From assembly GCA_964016885.1 (NCBI GenBank), contig OZ024743.1:215512001-215576000 (forward strand): 64,000 nt of DNA, written 5' to 3'. Positions within the stretch are counted from its first letter, which is position 1. Every line of letters begins with the position of its first letter. The notes beneath the pieces are model-generated. The model was given only the letters and a program-made list of their open reading frames with translations, did no database searches and was not told the DNA's origin. The DNA is from Eledone cirrhosa. Taxonomy: Eukaryota. Of the stretch, positions 39,776-56,880 are shown piece after piece. A program made the position numbers and the translations under genes.

Positions 39776-41463
39776 GTGAGAGCATTTTGTCATGAATTTG
39801 ACACTACCACCTTACTAGGTGGACTGGTTACCTTTTGTCATGGCACCATCACCACCCCCTTCCAGGGAAGACATTTGTAGTGGCATCAACACTAATTCAT
39901 TATAGCTCTAGGGTGAATAGTGAACATGGCTATGCTGGAGAGAGGGCTTGTGGCTGGGGTACTAGAATTTCATTGTTGGAGGAGGGGTGGTCATGGTAGT
40001 GCCCAGCTTCCCTTGTTCTAAAAGGGAATATTTACATACTGCTTGGAGCAAGTGGTTGGTTGGGTGGAGCTTGTCATATGGGGGGTACCAGGTTTCATGG
40101 GTTCGGAAAGTGTCGGGGTGCAAGGGTTCAGCTGAGAAGGTGAATCAGTCAAGGTTCCTTCTACATTTCTATTCTAGCATGGGCTGGGAAATGTAGTCAG
40201 GAATATATTGACAGGTGAAGACCTGAGAAGTGATCCATTTTCTTTGGTTTTAGGATGGAGGGTAGTCGGTGAGTTAGCCATCCTACTGCTGTTACATTCA
40301 TTCCCTTTGTGTGAGAAAAACAACTTCTTCAATTATATCACAGTAAAGATAGTGGCTTGATGAAACGGAACGTTTTGGTAGCAAATATATATTTTGGAAA
40401 GTATAATTACAATAGAAAGATCACAGGTTAAAATCGAGTTCAGAAATTGGCAGTGGGTCTCACCCATACGAATTCAGGATATACATTATTGGGTGTTAGA
40501 AGATATTCCCGCGAGAGCTCGACATCGGAAAGTCTTCAGGGGAGAAGCCCCTCACATTCCAGATTTTTCGCCTTTAACAAATTAAATTGTAATTTTACCG
40601 ATCCACATCCAGTGGATGAATCCTAAGTGCCCTTCTGCTGACGCATTCTAAATGCTTGGATATCAGAGTTTTGTTGGTACATAATCTGTAATGTGATAGC
40701 TTTTGTTTCCTTCAACTGGATCTCATCTCCACACCCTTTGCTCTCAAACGTGTTTCGTGTTTGTCTTGTCGGCATTTATTTTGTATTATTCGCTAAATCG
40801 GTAACTCTTATATTAACTACATCATAATGACTAGACTTTGATTGCCCTTTAAACAACTTCCTGGTGGCTTCGCCGAATTTCTAATACGAATAACATGAAC
40901 TTGGCGGGCCTCCTATTGCAGGGATGCAGAAAATTAATTCGGAAAGCACAATCATGGATCAGATACAGCGAATAATCTCAATCACTTTTAGAATTCCGTA
41001 TAAACGACTCCATGAATATACAATACAAATAGAAATATGGAAATTGACAACATTTCTCAGTCTTGGCTGGAATTACTCCACAGTTTAAATAAAAAAATTG
41101 ATATGAGACAAATTTGTATATGTCAAATTTATATCAATAATTTGCTTACTTTCATTTGTGTACTTGCAATCGTTCATCTATTTAACGCAGCTTTTTGCAA
41201 TATGATCCCATTTCCCACTCACTATTAAGTTACTTTCGTTATCGCTCCTCTCATCTCTGAATATAATTTCACATATAGCAGAATGATTCTGCCAATTCGC
41301 CGCCTTATACACCCACACACACTTATATGTGTATATATATATATTATTTCACGTTGCTCCTTCTACTCGAGTTGCGACCGATAGAGAGTATTATCAATTG
41401 GAAAGACCAACGGAAACATTGTTACCTCGTTTCGATTTGAAGAAATTCGATCGTTCCATATAT

Positions 41464-41565
<102 letters not shown>

Positions 41566-41567
41566 AT

Positions 41568-41761
41568 AGGAAAAAGTATGACCCCGACGGCAGAGCTCAA
41601 GCCGTTTCGACGGGTATTTCTGGACAGAAATAGCCGTCGAAACGGCATGAGCTCTGCCGTCGGTGTCATACTTGTTTCCTTTTTCCCACTCTACTACCCT
41701 AAGTATTGAGTACTATGGTGCAATATGGTCCATCTGGTTCCTTACCACAGTTCCTTTGTTA
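41568..41761 (+). mobile_element. Hairpin terminal element of the 13.2-13.6 kb family, between (TA)n tracts
   Basis: ccgacggcagagctcaagccgtttcgacgg / ccgtcgaaacggcatgagctctgccgtcgg followed by the 3244-type tail. Confidence 0.75.
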
Positions 41762-41765
41762 TATA

Positions 41766-41849
<84 letters not shown>

Positions 41850-42236
41850 AATATATATATACATGTGAAGATACTACAAATTGTATTATGTTATATCTGA
41901 ATAACTACTGAGACTAAGTGTGTATGAAGAAAGCACCATTATGTTTATACAAGTGTAACACGCGTTTCACGATCGATCAGCTCATGGAAGAATCTGGATC
42001 GATCCTGCCTGGCACTAGAATTGATAGATCATCAAACTCGTGATTACCTTAAATATCGTTAATTTAATGAAACTATCGATTCCACAGATGGGCACTATCT
42101 TATCGATACTGGTTATACCTTGTCCTGATCGATAGCGGAACGGGCGTCACACATGAATAACCATAATTATGCTATTTTGATACTTCGTTCCTACTCTTTA
42201 TTAACCTTATTGCCATTATTGTTATTATACACACAT

Positions 42237-42353
<117 letters not shown>

Positions 42354-42358
42354 TATTT

Positions 42359-42416
<58 letters not shown>

Positions 42417-42442
42417 TTATATACACACATACATATATATAT

Positions 42443-42524
<82 letters not shown>

Positions 42525-42535
42525 GAATATACATT

Positions 42536-42604
<69 letters not shown>

Positions 42605-43818
42605 TTATATAAGGACAAACCGACGTAACCGTATTTTCTTTAAAACAGTAGTGTTATTGTTGAATTTAATGTAATTTGTCAAGAAAGGAAATTGTATTTG
42701 AAAACATTTTTTTTAGTTTCCGTTCACTTTCTTCAGTTCCAATTTATTTTTATTTTTCCAATATAAATTAAATCTGAGTCTTGCGAAAAAACAATAACAA
42801 CAAAAATTATATATACATAAATAACACAAACCTAAAAAGAAACAAAAATAACAATTATAATCCTGGTAGTGGTATTACTGAAGATCAATAAGATAATAAA
42901 ATACATAATAACAAATATATAATAATGATTTCTAATGTTATTAATAGAGATGCTGGTTTCTTTTATTGAAATTGAGTTGTATTTCATATATTTTGTATTT
43001 ATTATATGATGGCTATGATGATGGAAGAATGATAATAATAATAATAATAATAATATTTATAATTAAAATGATGATTTTGTTGATGATGATGATGATGATG
43101 AAGATGATGATGATAAAGATGATGATAATTATAATAAATATCATGAAAATCATGATCGAGATAATGATGCTTAAGTTAACGATATTGCGGAAGAAGGCAA
43201 CGATGACGATGATGATGAGGAAGACAAGGCAATATTGATAATAATAGTAAGAAGAGGAAATACATACAAACTCAATTCTATTAGGGAACGGATGTTTCAA
43301 TATTTTAAAATAACTTTCACATTTTAAAGGTAATTTTATTAGAAAACTGGCTTCATGTTTAATTTCGATTTTGCTTTCTGTTTCACTCAAATTTTATATT
43401 TCATATTAAGTTTTGTAGAATGTCTTTACATTGAGTGTTTCATATTTCTTTAAGCTTTTATTCTAATTTTCATGTCTTCCATATTTCGAATATATTTTCC
43501 GAAAATTATTCATTTTTCTTTTTAATTAGAGAACAATATTTGTTAATTATATTTAATAGAAAGTTATTCAGAGTGTTAGTGATATCCCACATATTTTAAT
43601 TGTGAAAGGAATGTATCTCCCTCAAACACTATGTAACCAATATTATCATATATGCAAACAATATCATGCTATACGTTTCCTGTAAAAGCATGCTTATGTG
43701 TCCACTGTTTGTTTTTGAAATATACATCAACATATAGTGTCACTATGAAAATAACATCTAATATATAAGTCTTCATTACCAAGTTCACACGATTAGATAT
43801 GACCCTATGAGCATCACA

Positions 43819-45077
<1,259 letters not shown>

Positions 45078-45083
<6 letters not shown>

Positions 45084-45927
45084 TAATATTTGATGAACAT
45101 TTACATGTTATAGTTGCAATTGACTAAGGCTTTTTGCCCATATGAGTCTGAGAGTATTGATTTATTATTTTCTAGATCGTACAGGCAGACCTTATGTTGT
45201 TGAATTAAGATTTTTCACTCTAGCGATCTTATTAGTCGATTGCAACTAAAACATGTAAATGTTCATCAAATATTAATTTATACTGCTCAGAAGCGATTCC
45301 TAGAGCTGAAATGATTGTAAATGACCTCTCTGAGTCTAAACTCTAAGCTATTTATCACTGCTCCCCAAGGTGAGCTGAATTTTGTAATCCCATACAAATG
45401 GCTGTTATTTCTAGCACTATGTGTGGGACGTTAGAGGACTGGAATAAGCCGTGTGCAAAACCTCGTGTATTTTCGCTACGCTAACCAGACCTTAGATATT
45501 TTTCTAAGGTTGAGTTATTTTATTTTTATCTGGGTACCTATTGATAAACACAGAAAAGTTGATTAACTCACTGCTAATTAGTTAATTATTTAATTATTTT
45601 ACTATTATACCATCCTTTGTGAAACATGTTTGAAGTTTGAAGTTCTGACCGATCTGCGGAAAAAGGTTGTATTTTGAATTTTAAACGTGTCTAGGTACCT
45701 AGGCTTTTTGCCCATATGAGTCTGTGAGTATTGATTTATTATTTTCTAGATCGTACAGGCAGACCTTATGTTGTTGAATTAAGATTTTTCACTCTAGCGA
45801 TCTTATTAGTCAATTGCAACTATAACATGTAAATGTTCATAAAATATTAATTTATACTGCTCAGAAGCGATTCCTAGAGCTGAAATGATTGTAAATGACC
45901 TCTCTGAGTCTAAACTCTAAGCTATTT
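45078..45927 (+). mobile_element. Non-coding element with ~225 bp direct repeats (45127-45352, 45701-45927) and 5' inverted piece (45078-45127)
   Basis: Same direct-plus-inverted layout as the PLE-type elements, period ~574 bp, TA flanks. Confidence 0.7.
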
Positions 45928-45946
45928 ATTTTTATATATATATATA

Positions 45947-46302
45947 TATTAGAAAGTGAGGTTTTTTTTACAAATTGAAAAATAACCGAGGTGTCCTACA
46001 CGAGTGAAAGTATAAAGAAAAAGAGATGAAATCGAAAATGCAACTGGAGTCTTATTTTTTAAAAATATATATATATTTATTTGGTTCCTTTACCGGTTTC
46101 GCAGTTCTTCTGCTTTTCAAAGGGTGAGTTGAGATGGAAGGTCTGTGGTTTTTCTCAGATGTGAGAAAAACCACAGACCCTCCATCTCAACTCACCTTTT
46201 GAAAAGCAGAAGAACTGCGAAACCGGTAAAGGAACCAAATAAATATATATATATATTTTTTTAAATAAGACTCCAGTTGCATTTTCGATTTTATCTCTTT
46301 TT

Positions 46303-46308
<6 letters not shown>
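45947..46308. mobile_element. Palindromic PLE-type terminal repeat pair (centre ~46160); partial inverted copy at 49247-49345
   Basis: 46013-46157 is the reverse complement of 46162-46306. TA flanks. Confidence 0.8.
46195..46232 (+). ncRNA. Minimal type I hammerhead with U3-A8 core variant (mirror copy 46087-46124)
   Basis: cctt-TTGAAAA-gcag aagaa ctgc-GAAA-CCGG-TA-aagg. Confidence 0.7.
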
Positions 46309-46371
<63 letters not shown>

Positions 46372-46607
46372 ACACAAACACACATCCATAAACTAGCAGT
46401 CAAGGCATAAATGATGCGATTATATGAACTCGATATTCGGTCTTCCAATTGTTCATTTGCATGTCACTGAAGCTGGGTATGTCTATTCCGACATCTGATT
46501 TCCATAGAAAAACCTAAGAATAATTTCGTTAAGGCAAATTGTTTATATGTGCAATCAACGGTCCGATATCTGTATCTACTCAAATCTCGTCTCATTATTC
46601 TAATTAG

Positions 46608-46778
46608 GGGATCGGCAGTATTGGTAGAGCGTCATACAGCATGGTTTGCAGCATAGAGTTATGGAACTTGAAGTTCAAATCCCACCGGTGTCAACTTTGC
46701 CTTACGGTTTCGATAAAATAAAGCACCATTAATGCACTGGGATAATTGCAGGCCTTGTGCCAAAAATAGGAACAAATA
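46608..46778 (+). mobile_element. Short tRNA-derived SINE
   Basis: Same family as 38625-38812. Confidence 0.75.
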
Positions 46779-47196
46779 TTGTAGTTGCTCTTAATAAAAA
46801 TATATTTCCAAAACATGTTTTTCTATGTTGACGAAGTGCAAGTTACGAAATTATATCGGCGTAACATACGTTGCAACGACGCACATTATACAGACTCGAC
46901 TTAGTATTTGCAGAAAGAGTGCAAGAAGTTAACTGAAGGACATTTGTAACAAAGAAAGAATGACACAGACATACAGATACATACACATATGAATACACAT
47001 TATACATATATGGATGATAGGGAGATAGGCTACACCATTGGATCATTTTAGGTAATATGTCTTTCAACTTCCTTTACACCACTTCAGCCCTAATGTTTAA
47101 GCAAGAGCAATGCCTACTTTGTTTAGATATAATTTATCTATAGTATCCAATAATATTAAGTAGTGCTTAATTTGTGAATATGTTAGTGTGTAATGT

Positions 47197-47240
<44 letters not shown>

Positions 47241-47250
47241 CATGTATGTA

Positions 47251-47289
<39 letters not shown>

Positions 47290-47290
<1 letters not shown>

Positions 47291-48240
47291 AAAGGTAACC
47301 AGATATAACAAAACAATCGGTACAGTATATCGAAGGAATATATTAGGTTAACGCTTGAAATAGCAGGAAGAGTGTATTAACGTTTCAGACGCTAGTCTTT
47401 CATCAGAAGAAAGAATGAGAAATAAGATAGATTGAAAGGACAGGCGGGTTGGACTTGGAAAAAAATGTCTTTAGATAAAAATAACAGGTCCTTTCATGTT
47501 GACATCTCTTGGAAAACTGTTGAAAACTTAGGAACATTAACAAAGAGAAGAAGTGAAAAGAAGCCAATAAGAAAAACATTTTTTTAAGGGGAAACTATTC
47601 TGGTAGATACTCCACCGTCTTGTCTTCGAAATAAGATGTCCTCCTCCACACCTGCTAATAGTAATTCATATAGAGTTCTCTCTTCAGGCATGTTCATTCT
47701 CGCGCGGTAGAGAGAATGCATTGCTGATATTGTAAATTCAATCACAACATAATCATCTGGTTTAGATGAGGTGCCCCTGGGAGTGGTGACTAATTTGTCA
47801 GAGGCTGACAACTCAAGAGAATTTAAAATGCATAAATTTAGCAAGGACGCTGGAGAAGCTGAAATTCGGTCTGGGGTGTTAAATACTGAATTATTTTCTG
47901 GCTGACTCGTGTGTGCGGAGTAGTCTTGGTCTCTAGAATGACAGCTGAGCAATTGCAATCGGGATTGATAATCCTAAATTTGGAAAAGGGTGGCAATAGA
48001 ATATTTCCAATTACAGAGCGAACTCTTGTTAACACACTCCGTTAAAGCCTATGCTAAGTGCCTGGTAAATAGATACAGCGAGACTGTCGAGTCCAAGCTG
48101 AACAGTGCGGTCCTCGCCCTTGACGAAGCACATCAGACCAAACATTCGCTCTGCAGCAGGTTTTCGATCTGGAATCAATATCTCAGGAGAATCTAGGATT
48201 CATGAATGATAGGATGTATCCGTGTACAAGTTAAAGAAAA
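47290..48240 (-). mobile_element. Highly decayed PLE-like fragment with hammerhead-like core (~47370-47412)
   Basis: Minus strand CTGATGA-a agac tagc gtct-GAAA-cgtta lies downstream of a coding-like stretch. Protein motifs are not convincing. Confidence 0.35.
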
Positions 48241-49336
48241 CTATTTCTCTCATCGAACAAACAGTAGCATAATATTACTGTACATTAAGGTGTATATATA
48301 TATATATATTTATATATATATACACACACACACATATATATATATACATGTGTGTGTGTGTTTGTGTGTGTGTGTGTGAGAGTCTGTATATATAATTTGT
48401 GTATGTGTGCAGGTGAGTTTATGACATATTATTTGTGATTATTGCTGGCCTTGTGCCTAACATAGAAACAATTATTATGCATTTGTTATGCAATATTTTT
48501 CCTCACATATATGTCGACCAAGTATGGTAAATTGTAGACAGTATTTATTTAATATTATAGAAAAACGAATATAGTGCATAGCGTATTAGGAAATACGAAA
48601 CACCTTTAGATTTATGACAACGATGGGCATGCAAGGCATTATTTTATAACTATTTTCTAAAATATAATGTTCAAGTATGTGCGTACAATATAGAATTTAA
48701 CCAATACGAACGATTAGGTTTTCATACCGTAAGAAAATAATACGACTAAGTTTTGAAAATATATTGAGGAAAGTCTGCTGACTAAAACACTATTTAAGTG
48801 ATATAAAAAAAATACCAGAAAATACATGAAAATCAATAATATATTATATAAAAGATTTGGACGTATAATATTGTTCTCTCGTTATTGCGTTTAAAATATT
48901 GAACAAAAGATTGGATATTTTACATGAGTATTATCTATGAAATAACTATGTTTCCCAAACCATTTAAAAAAATATAATCTGATTTAATCTTTGCTAACAG
49001 AAGGACTCCTTTCAACTTTCGAAAAAGAAAAGGTAGAAGTTGCACAAAGAAATAAGTGAGAAAATCAGCAGACAAGGAAAACATTATTGAAATAGGGTTT
49101 ATGATAGCAGAAGACGGCACAATAAGAAAAATAGAATTATATGAAAATGAATTATAGTGCATATAATTTAGAAGTGCCAAAATGATGATACGATGTATGT
49201 CACATATTTATTCATACATATATTTAAATCGATACATACAAACCTACAGTTGCATTTTCGATTTCATCTCTTTTTCTTTATACTTTCACTCGTGTAGGAG
49301 ACCTCGGTTATTTTTCATTTTGTAAAAAAACCTCAC

Positions 49337-49376
<40 letters not shown>

Positions 49377-49380
49377 ATAT

Positions 49381-50323
<943 letters not shown>

Positions 50324-50509
50324 CAAACAGCACGGACACTCTATCTCAAAATTATTTTTGAAAAGCATTTAGAAATGCGCAACCGGTAAAAACTTAAAAA
50401 CTTAAAACCACAACTGAATACTAACCCATACAATCACTAATACTCTTTTATTCCTAATTAAACCATTTTTCAACTGTGAATAATTTGTCAGCATTTTCTA
50501 TTCCATTTA

Positions 50510-50553
<44 letters not shown>

Positions 50554-50566
50554 TATGCAAAAATTG

Positions 50567-50635
<69 letters not shown>

Positions 50636-52693
50636 TTTCCCTTCTTTTAATTTATTTCTTCTTTTGGAAAACTATATCGAGAACTAAATTTGAAGTTGAG
50701 TGAATAACCTCTTTGTATTATTCACCACAAGAACACCCGCTTCGATAGTGTTAAGATGCCTTTCTGTTTTGATATCATGTAATAGAACAATATTGGTTAA
50801 TTATCATTTTGGACAGTGTCTTAATAGTTAAATCGAAGTAGGATATAAATCGAAAAAATTCTGCTGCGGAGGTGTATCTTAGTCTTGCGTAATAGCACTT
50901 TAATTCATTTACAGCTTTCGAATGCACACTAGAAACATTCTTCTGCTCAACCGAAATCGAGCTGATCCGGGCAGGAAATTATTTTTCCTTTTGATCTTCG
51001 TTATTTTTGCTATATACTACAGCTGGGATACTACACCTGGCCGGTCTATATATTGTTCACAGCTTTTCCCTTCAATATCTTATTGAATCCACTCTGACGG
51101 CGGAATTATTTCATTTATCATATAATTGCGTGTATAGAAATTGCTTTAGGTAATTCGACCAATTCTTACTCATATGGACAATCTAGATATGCAGAAAAAG
51201 GTTGTTAGTTGGAATATGATAAATATATTCTCCACGCAGCTGCATGTTACCAAAGATTTAACACCTACTATTGCATATATCTTAGAGACTGTATATTTGC
51301 TAATGTTGCTTATCTATCAGACGTTTTTCATATATCAGATCTCGTCCTGTAAATTGGTAATCAGAATAATTTAACAGTGAATTCATTTTTTTTCCTTCAA
51401 ATTCCTGTGTGTGTAATCCTACATTTTTAAAGGTAATTATGTTTGTAATTGTTAGTGTATTTATTATGTTTGCGTCCGTTTTCCTGGGTATAGTTATATG
51501 GCTTATTGTAGTAAATTTGTTTTATATATTACAACGTAGGGCTCTACTAAACATTTATAAGCTGTGTTTGTGTATTCGTGTGTTTGTGTGTGTGTGTGTG
51601 TGTGTTTGTGTGTGTGTGTGATTAGATTTGTGTGTTTAGCATTAATGATAGCAAGTAGAAAAGAGATAGAAATAGAGATAGAGATATTCGGTATTATATA
51701 ATGATAGTGCATATTCCTTTGAAACATACAGTGATATTAGGGAGGGATTCTCCGCTGACACAGGAATCGTAACATAAATTCCAGCAGTAGGATCTTAATG
51801 GGTTTCCCATAGTTACACTATATGATATGGAGATATAAACGCCCGTTCTACAAAAGCACCTGGAGGGTAAAAAGCCCCATCCAATTTGGTTTCTCTTAAC
51901 ACTATCCCGTACACATGGCAATTCTAAGAGAATGTTATATAAATGTGGTCATCGTGGAGGCAAGGGTACTTGCTCATTGACCTCAGGTCACTATATATGA
52001 ACTGGAATTCAGACATTTAAATAAATCGATACATACACACCTACACGCATATATATCAGAACTGGAATTCAGACAAATGTGATCTAACACCCATTTCTGA
52101 TACTATGGGATCTACATATTTCTTAGTTAGCCTGGTTGATGAGTTGGCTTGGCAGTGTTTTTCATGGATCTCGAGGTATAGACGATCTTCATAGACACAG
52201 ACGGTAGTCCGGTGGTCCTGCATGGAAGGAAAATTGAAGGTTGTGCTTTTGGTTAGCCTTACTTGGTTGTCTCACCATTACTGTTAGCAGGAGACTGGAA
52301 CAACATGTTAGTCCTAACCAGCGATTGTGTGGGAGTAGCTGAGTGTTTGGGGAGGTAGTATACACACACGAATCTTATCAAAGTGTTACCAACAAGATTT
52401 CAGGAATGTGTAATTGTGGACGAGGACAAATCGCATATGGTAATTTTGATCGTATGTAGATAGGTTTTGATTAAGGTAGCAGATAGGGATAGCTTTGTGC
52501 GTACACAATTATAAATGATCGCCTATTCAAATGCCGATCTGTATATTCGATTAATATAGAATATATCGTCTGGGAACAGTTTACTGACAGATTAACTTAT
52601 CATTGTAGACAATTTGCAGAATTCTCTGGTTTGGGAGTGCTACACAGACATATGTAAATATATGCGTATACTCAAGGATATATGTATATATAT

Positions 52694-52778
<85 letters not shown>

Positions 52779-53109
52779 ATAACTAGGAGATTAAGTGAAG
52801 TTGATAGTCATCGAATTTCTTTAACATTAACAGAATGGAGACGATAAATAGGTAGACAGTATGAAATAATTTGAAAAAAAATGTTTAAAAAATTGAAAGC
52901 TACACGGAATGGCAAGTTTATAAATATCATGGAAATATTTACCTAGTGTAGAGACAATAGTTATTATTTTCAATAGGTTTTAATGGGCCGAGAAATAGAT
53001 TTAAATTGCAGATTATTTCAGACATAAACTCTGACACGGATATTTTAGTGATGGTTTATCTGCAAAAAAATCATTTTGTATATATATGTATGTATGTTCT
53101 TCTGGTTTA

Positions 53110-56100
53110 TAATTTCACAAATGGTTACCAATAGAGAGAGAGTCGGTTTCTAACATAGACACAAGTCTCTCTCATTGGAATTTACACATCATCAACTAGG
53201 TAGATTAAGTATGCATGCCTGCATGCATGCATGTGTAGATATGCATTTTAGTGTATGCGTGGATGTGGATGTTTTGAGTTGAACATGTGCATGTGTATAT
53301 GCTTTGTATCAGTACATGTGGTATTAGATGCAACATTTTTGGAATGTTTTACATATTTATACTGTTCCATTAATGGATTGTTCTTGTAATTTCCTTACTA
53401 GTTGTGTTCTTTCTGTTCCTGTGAAGCCTAGCTTCTCAAGATTTGTATTGAGGCGGTTACTAACATACAACAGTGCACGAATAAACACAGGCATAAATCT
53501 GAAGGTGTAATCAGGGTGGAGTATATGCAGATTCCTCATCAGTTCTGTATAATCTTTGATATTATATTGGCTTCTGCTGGGCAACTAACTTCCACTACTG
53601 TGCATGCTTTTTTTCCCCTGTCCCATATCATATTATCTGGTCTATTATGCCTGCATTTTATTCGGGTTTTTACTGGAATATTCCAGAAGTACTCTTTCAT
53701 ATTATGTATATGGATGTCTTCCCCTTTGCTGTAGCTTTTAATGTGTTTATTATAGGGGCTACCTTATCTACGGATTGCATTGTACAGTGTTTTGGCCACT
53801 ACATCATGCCTCATAGGTAGATAGTACCGCGATGAGATCTTTGGACATCTGCTGATGACATAGGTGACATCTTCGATGTTAATTATGCACAGTCTGCACT
53901 TGTTATCACATCTAGGTGTTTTGTCTGCACCCCGATCCCTTTTGTGAAGCAGGTATTTCGTGTTAATTTCCTGTTCTTGGATTGCAAAAGAGTATCCTTC
54001 AAAGTGGGAGCCAATATAGCGTTTGTTGGTCCAATATAGACTACTTTCCTTATCTATATTACTCTCATTCTGGAGCTTCCTGGCAACATATCCATGCATG
54101 ATGTTTTGCTGATAAGCATGTTCCCAAATGTCATGATCTTATCTGTTTCATGCAGATAGACTTGCTCAAGAGACGGGCTCCTACGCTTCGAGGTTCGTAG
54201 ATGTTGTCGGAGGGATATGATGCGACATTCAAATGCTGTCTGGATTGATGTTAGGCCTCTGCCTCCCTGCGTACGTTTCAAGTAAATGCGGTCTATGTCG
54301 CTGTTGATGTGGAAGTTTCCGGTGTTGTTTAGTATTTTGGCGAGTTCTAACATGAACTGCTCGGATTTCGTGTATCGTCCAATTGAGTATTCCAAACGAT
54401 GGTGTTAGGACAGGCACAGCAAGCACATTGTGAACCACAGTTTTGTTTTGCGCAGAGAGTTCCGATGACCAAAACTTTCTTAATCGGGTGTAGTATTCCC
54501 TGATTACGCGTTCCTTATTAAAGATACCATTATAGGATATGTTCTCATCTATCCCCAGGTATCTGTATCAGTCCTCATCAGATATCGGTGAAACAGTTAG
54601 GACATTGATGACAATGTTGCTAGATTAGGTTGTTGTTCTTCCCCGCTTTACAGTCATATACGTGCATTGATCTTGGCCAATCTCCATTCCTATATCCGTT
54701 GAGAACATTTTAACCAGGTAAAGATTTTTCTTCATCTCATCCATGTTCTTGTCATAGAGTTTCAGTTCATCCACAAGAGAAATTATGGGTTAGGTTCGTA
54801 TTTCTGTTCTCCTGTGAGCCAATGATGTATCATTCACATTTCTTGAGCATAAACGTCAAGAGCTTTAATGACAGGATGAATAATATCACAGAGAGACTGT
54901 CTCCCTGAAATATACGCCTGCGATATATTATTTTATCAGTGAAAATAGAGTCCTCCTTCTCTGTCTTAAATCAAGAAGAAGACAGCTTCTCTATGGCTCT
55001 GATAATAATGTCTGGGCTTTAGCAAGTTGGAGGGCCTCTATCACCCAAGAGTGGGGAACAGTATCGAAAGCTTTCCCGTAGTCCAGCTGACTGTAGCCAT
55101 ATTCCTCCTAAGTTGTCGCACCTCCGATATCGCAGTTTTGTTGATGAGAAGTTGTTCAGCACATCCTCAAACCCCTTTCTTTCCAGCTGATTGTTCATCT
55201 GTGATGATGTTATTATTTTCCCAGTGATATTAATGGAATATGTTCAGGCAGGCTGTATACATCTTATACATCAAGTACTGGCATGCACTGGGTCGGTAGT
55301 CTTTTTCCAAGTGGGTGTATTCGTTCTTGAGGACCAGTAATGTTTGTGCTAATGTCAACCATTCTGGTAAAGTGTATCTCGTTGGTAGAGGTCAGTAAGA
55401 TACATCCGATAGAACATCAGATTTTTGTACCAGTATCCGACAATCATGTTAATTCCTGGTGTTTTCTTATCTTGGAATTTTCCTATCACAGTCTCAAGGG
55501 TGCCCTCACTTATTTCGCATGTTTTTGTTGTAGTGTAGGAGCAATAGTTCTTTCGGATTTCTTTTAGCCACACTGCATCTTGGTTGAAATTCTTGTCTTT
55601 ACCCCATATTTTTCTCCAAAAGGAATCTGTCTTTCTGGAATGGGGCCTTAGTGATACTTTATATTTTGCCCTTCATATCTCTATAGACTGATGTTTGGTT
55701 TCGTCTGAATCTTTTATGAAGCACTTTTCGTTCATCTACCTTCTTCAGGTATCGGCGTTTTTCGCTCACAGCTCTCAATTCTTGTTTGTGGGTGATCAGC
55801 TTATATTGAAGTTATGGTTCTACTGTAACCAAACATCGTCTCTATTTTATTTTTCACTCTTTGTTGGTGAGGAGTCAGGTTTTTTGTGTTTGTTTGCATT
55901 TAAGGAGCATTGTCACATATCCTATGGTTTTTCGTAGGTCAGCAATCTTTTTTTCTATTTTAGTTATATATGATGGTGTTTTTGGTGGTGTTCTGTTCTT
56001 GTTAATATCTCTGCTATCACCAAGATAATGCTTCACTGTCGTTGCTAAGGCTTATAAACAGTCGTTCATTTGTCAAAATGTTGGGGTTTTTATCAGTCGT

Positions 56101-56880
56101 AAATATTCATGCCCTATTTCATCAATAACACGTAATATTTCATTATTTGTTGTTTTTTTTATTAAATATTGTCGTTTTAATACGTTCAGCAAGAGAGATA
56201 TTTATACATGAATTAATTTCTCTCTGGAAGAATTCGTTGAGGGAAATTTTCAATTGTTTATACTTTTGATTATTATCATTATCGATAGTATTTCCACAAC
56301 AGTCGAGGTAGACTCGAATGGTATGCGTGGTGTCACATTTCTTCGATTATTATTATTATCGATAGTGGTTTCCCCAGCATTCGAGGTAGACTAAGATGGT
56401 ACACGTGGTGTCAAGTTTCTTACAGGCATAGTTGTTTCAAGGCACTGTTCGACCTGGCTGCTAGGAAGTCTAGTAGCATGGAGACCTGTAGCACGTGTTG
56501 GTGATTCCATATTTGTTGTGGGGGACTTAAAATTAATAATATTTATCTTATTTTTACGCTCAACAAACGTCGCTTGTTGGCGTAATTATTTCGCTGTGAA
56601 GTGATTTAGCTCTGGGTGTATTTCGTCACAGTGTAGCTTCATTCTATTCATATAGTCAATGGAGGGATTGTTTTTTGCCATTTTATAACAATTAAATTAA
56701 TCATTAATTTCGCAACTCCAAGAGAAATGCAATTTATAATTTCGGTTTCTTCTGTAGCTACACTGAATACATTTTGTTTACCTTTCTCGTTTTTCTTCGG
56801 TACTCCACTGATGTTGTTGTTGTTGTTGATGTTGTGTTCAGCCATGCAAATCCTTGTAAAATGAATTAAGTATTTAGTGG
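53110..56880 (-). mobile_element. R4/Dong-clade-like non-LTR retrotransposon (RT + zinc knuckle + RLE), near full length, decayed
   Basis: TPGINMIVGYWYK, IFQGDSLSV, YRYLGI, DRIYLKRTQGGRGL, MHG, AIQEQ, CRLC..ED..YVISRC..Y..RHD.VAK, HNRPD, VEVSCP. Confidence 0.85.

Noticed and set aside
40330-40690. Possible PLE endonuclease remnant on minus
   Set aside because: Only vague similarity; no motif can be read in a consistent frame.
42966-43250. I/M-rich ORFs
   Set aside because: (ATG)n and (ATA)n trinucleotide microsatellite.
56280-56421. ~78-bp two-copy repeat (also ~50-bp at 18015-18117)
   Set aside because: Ordinary local tandem duplications; the first lies inside the R4-like N-terminal region.
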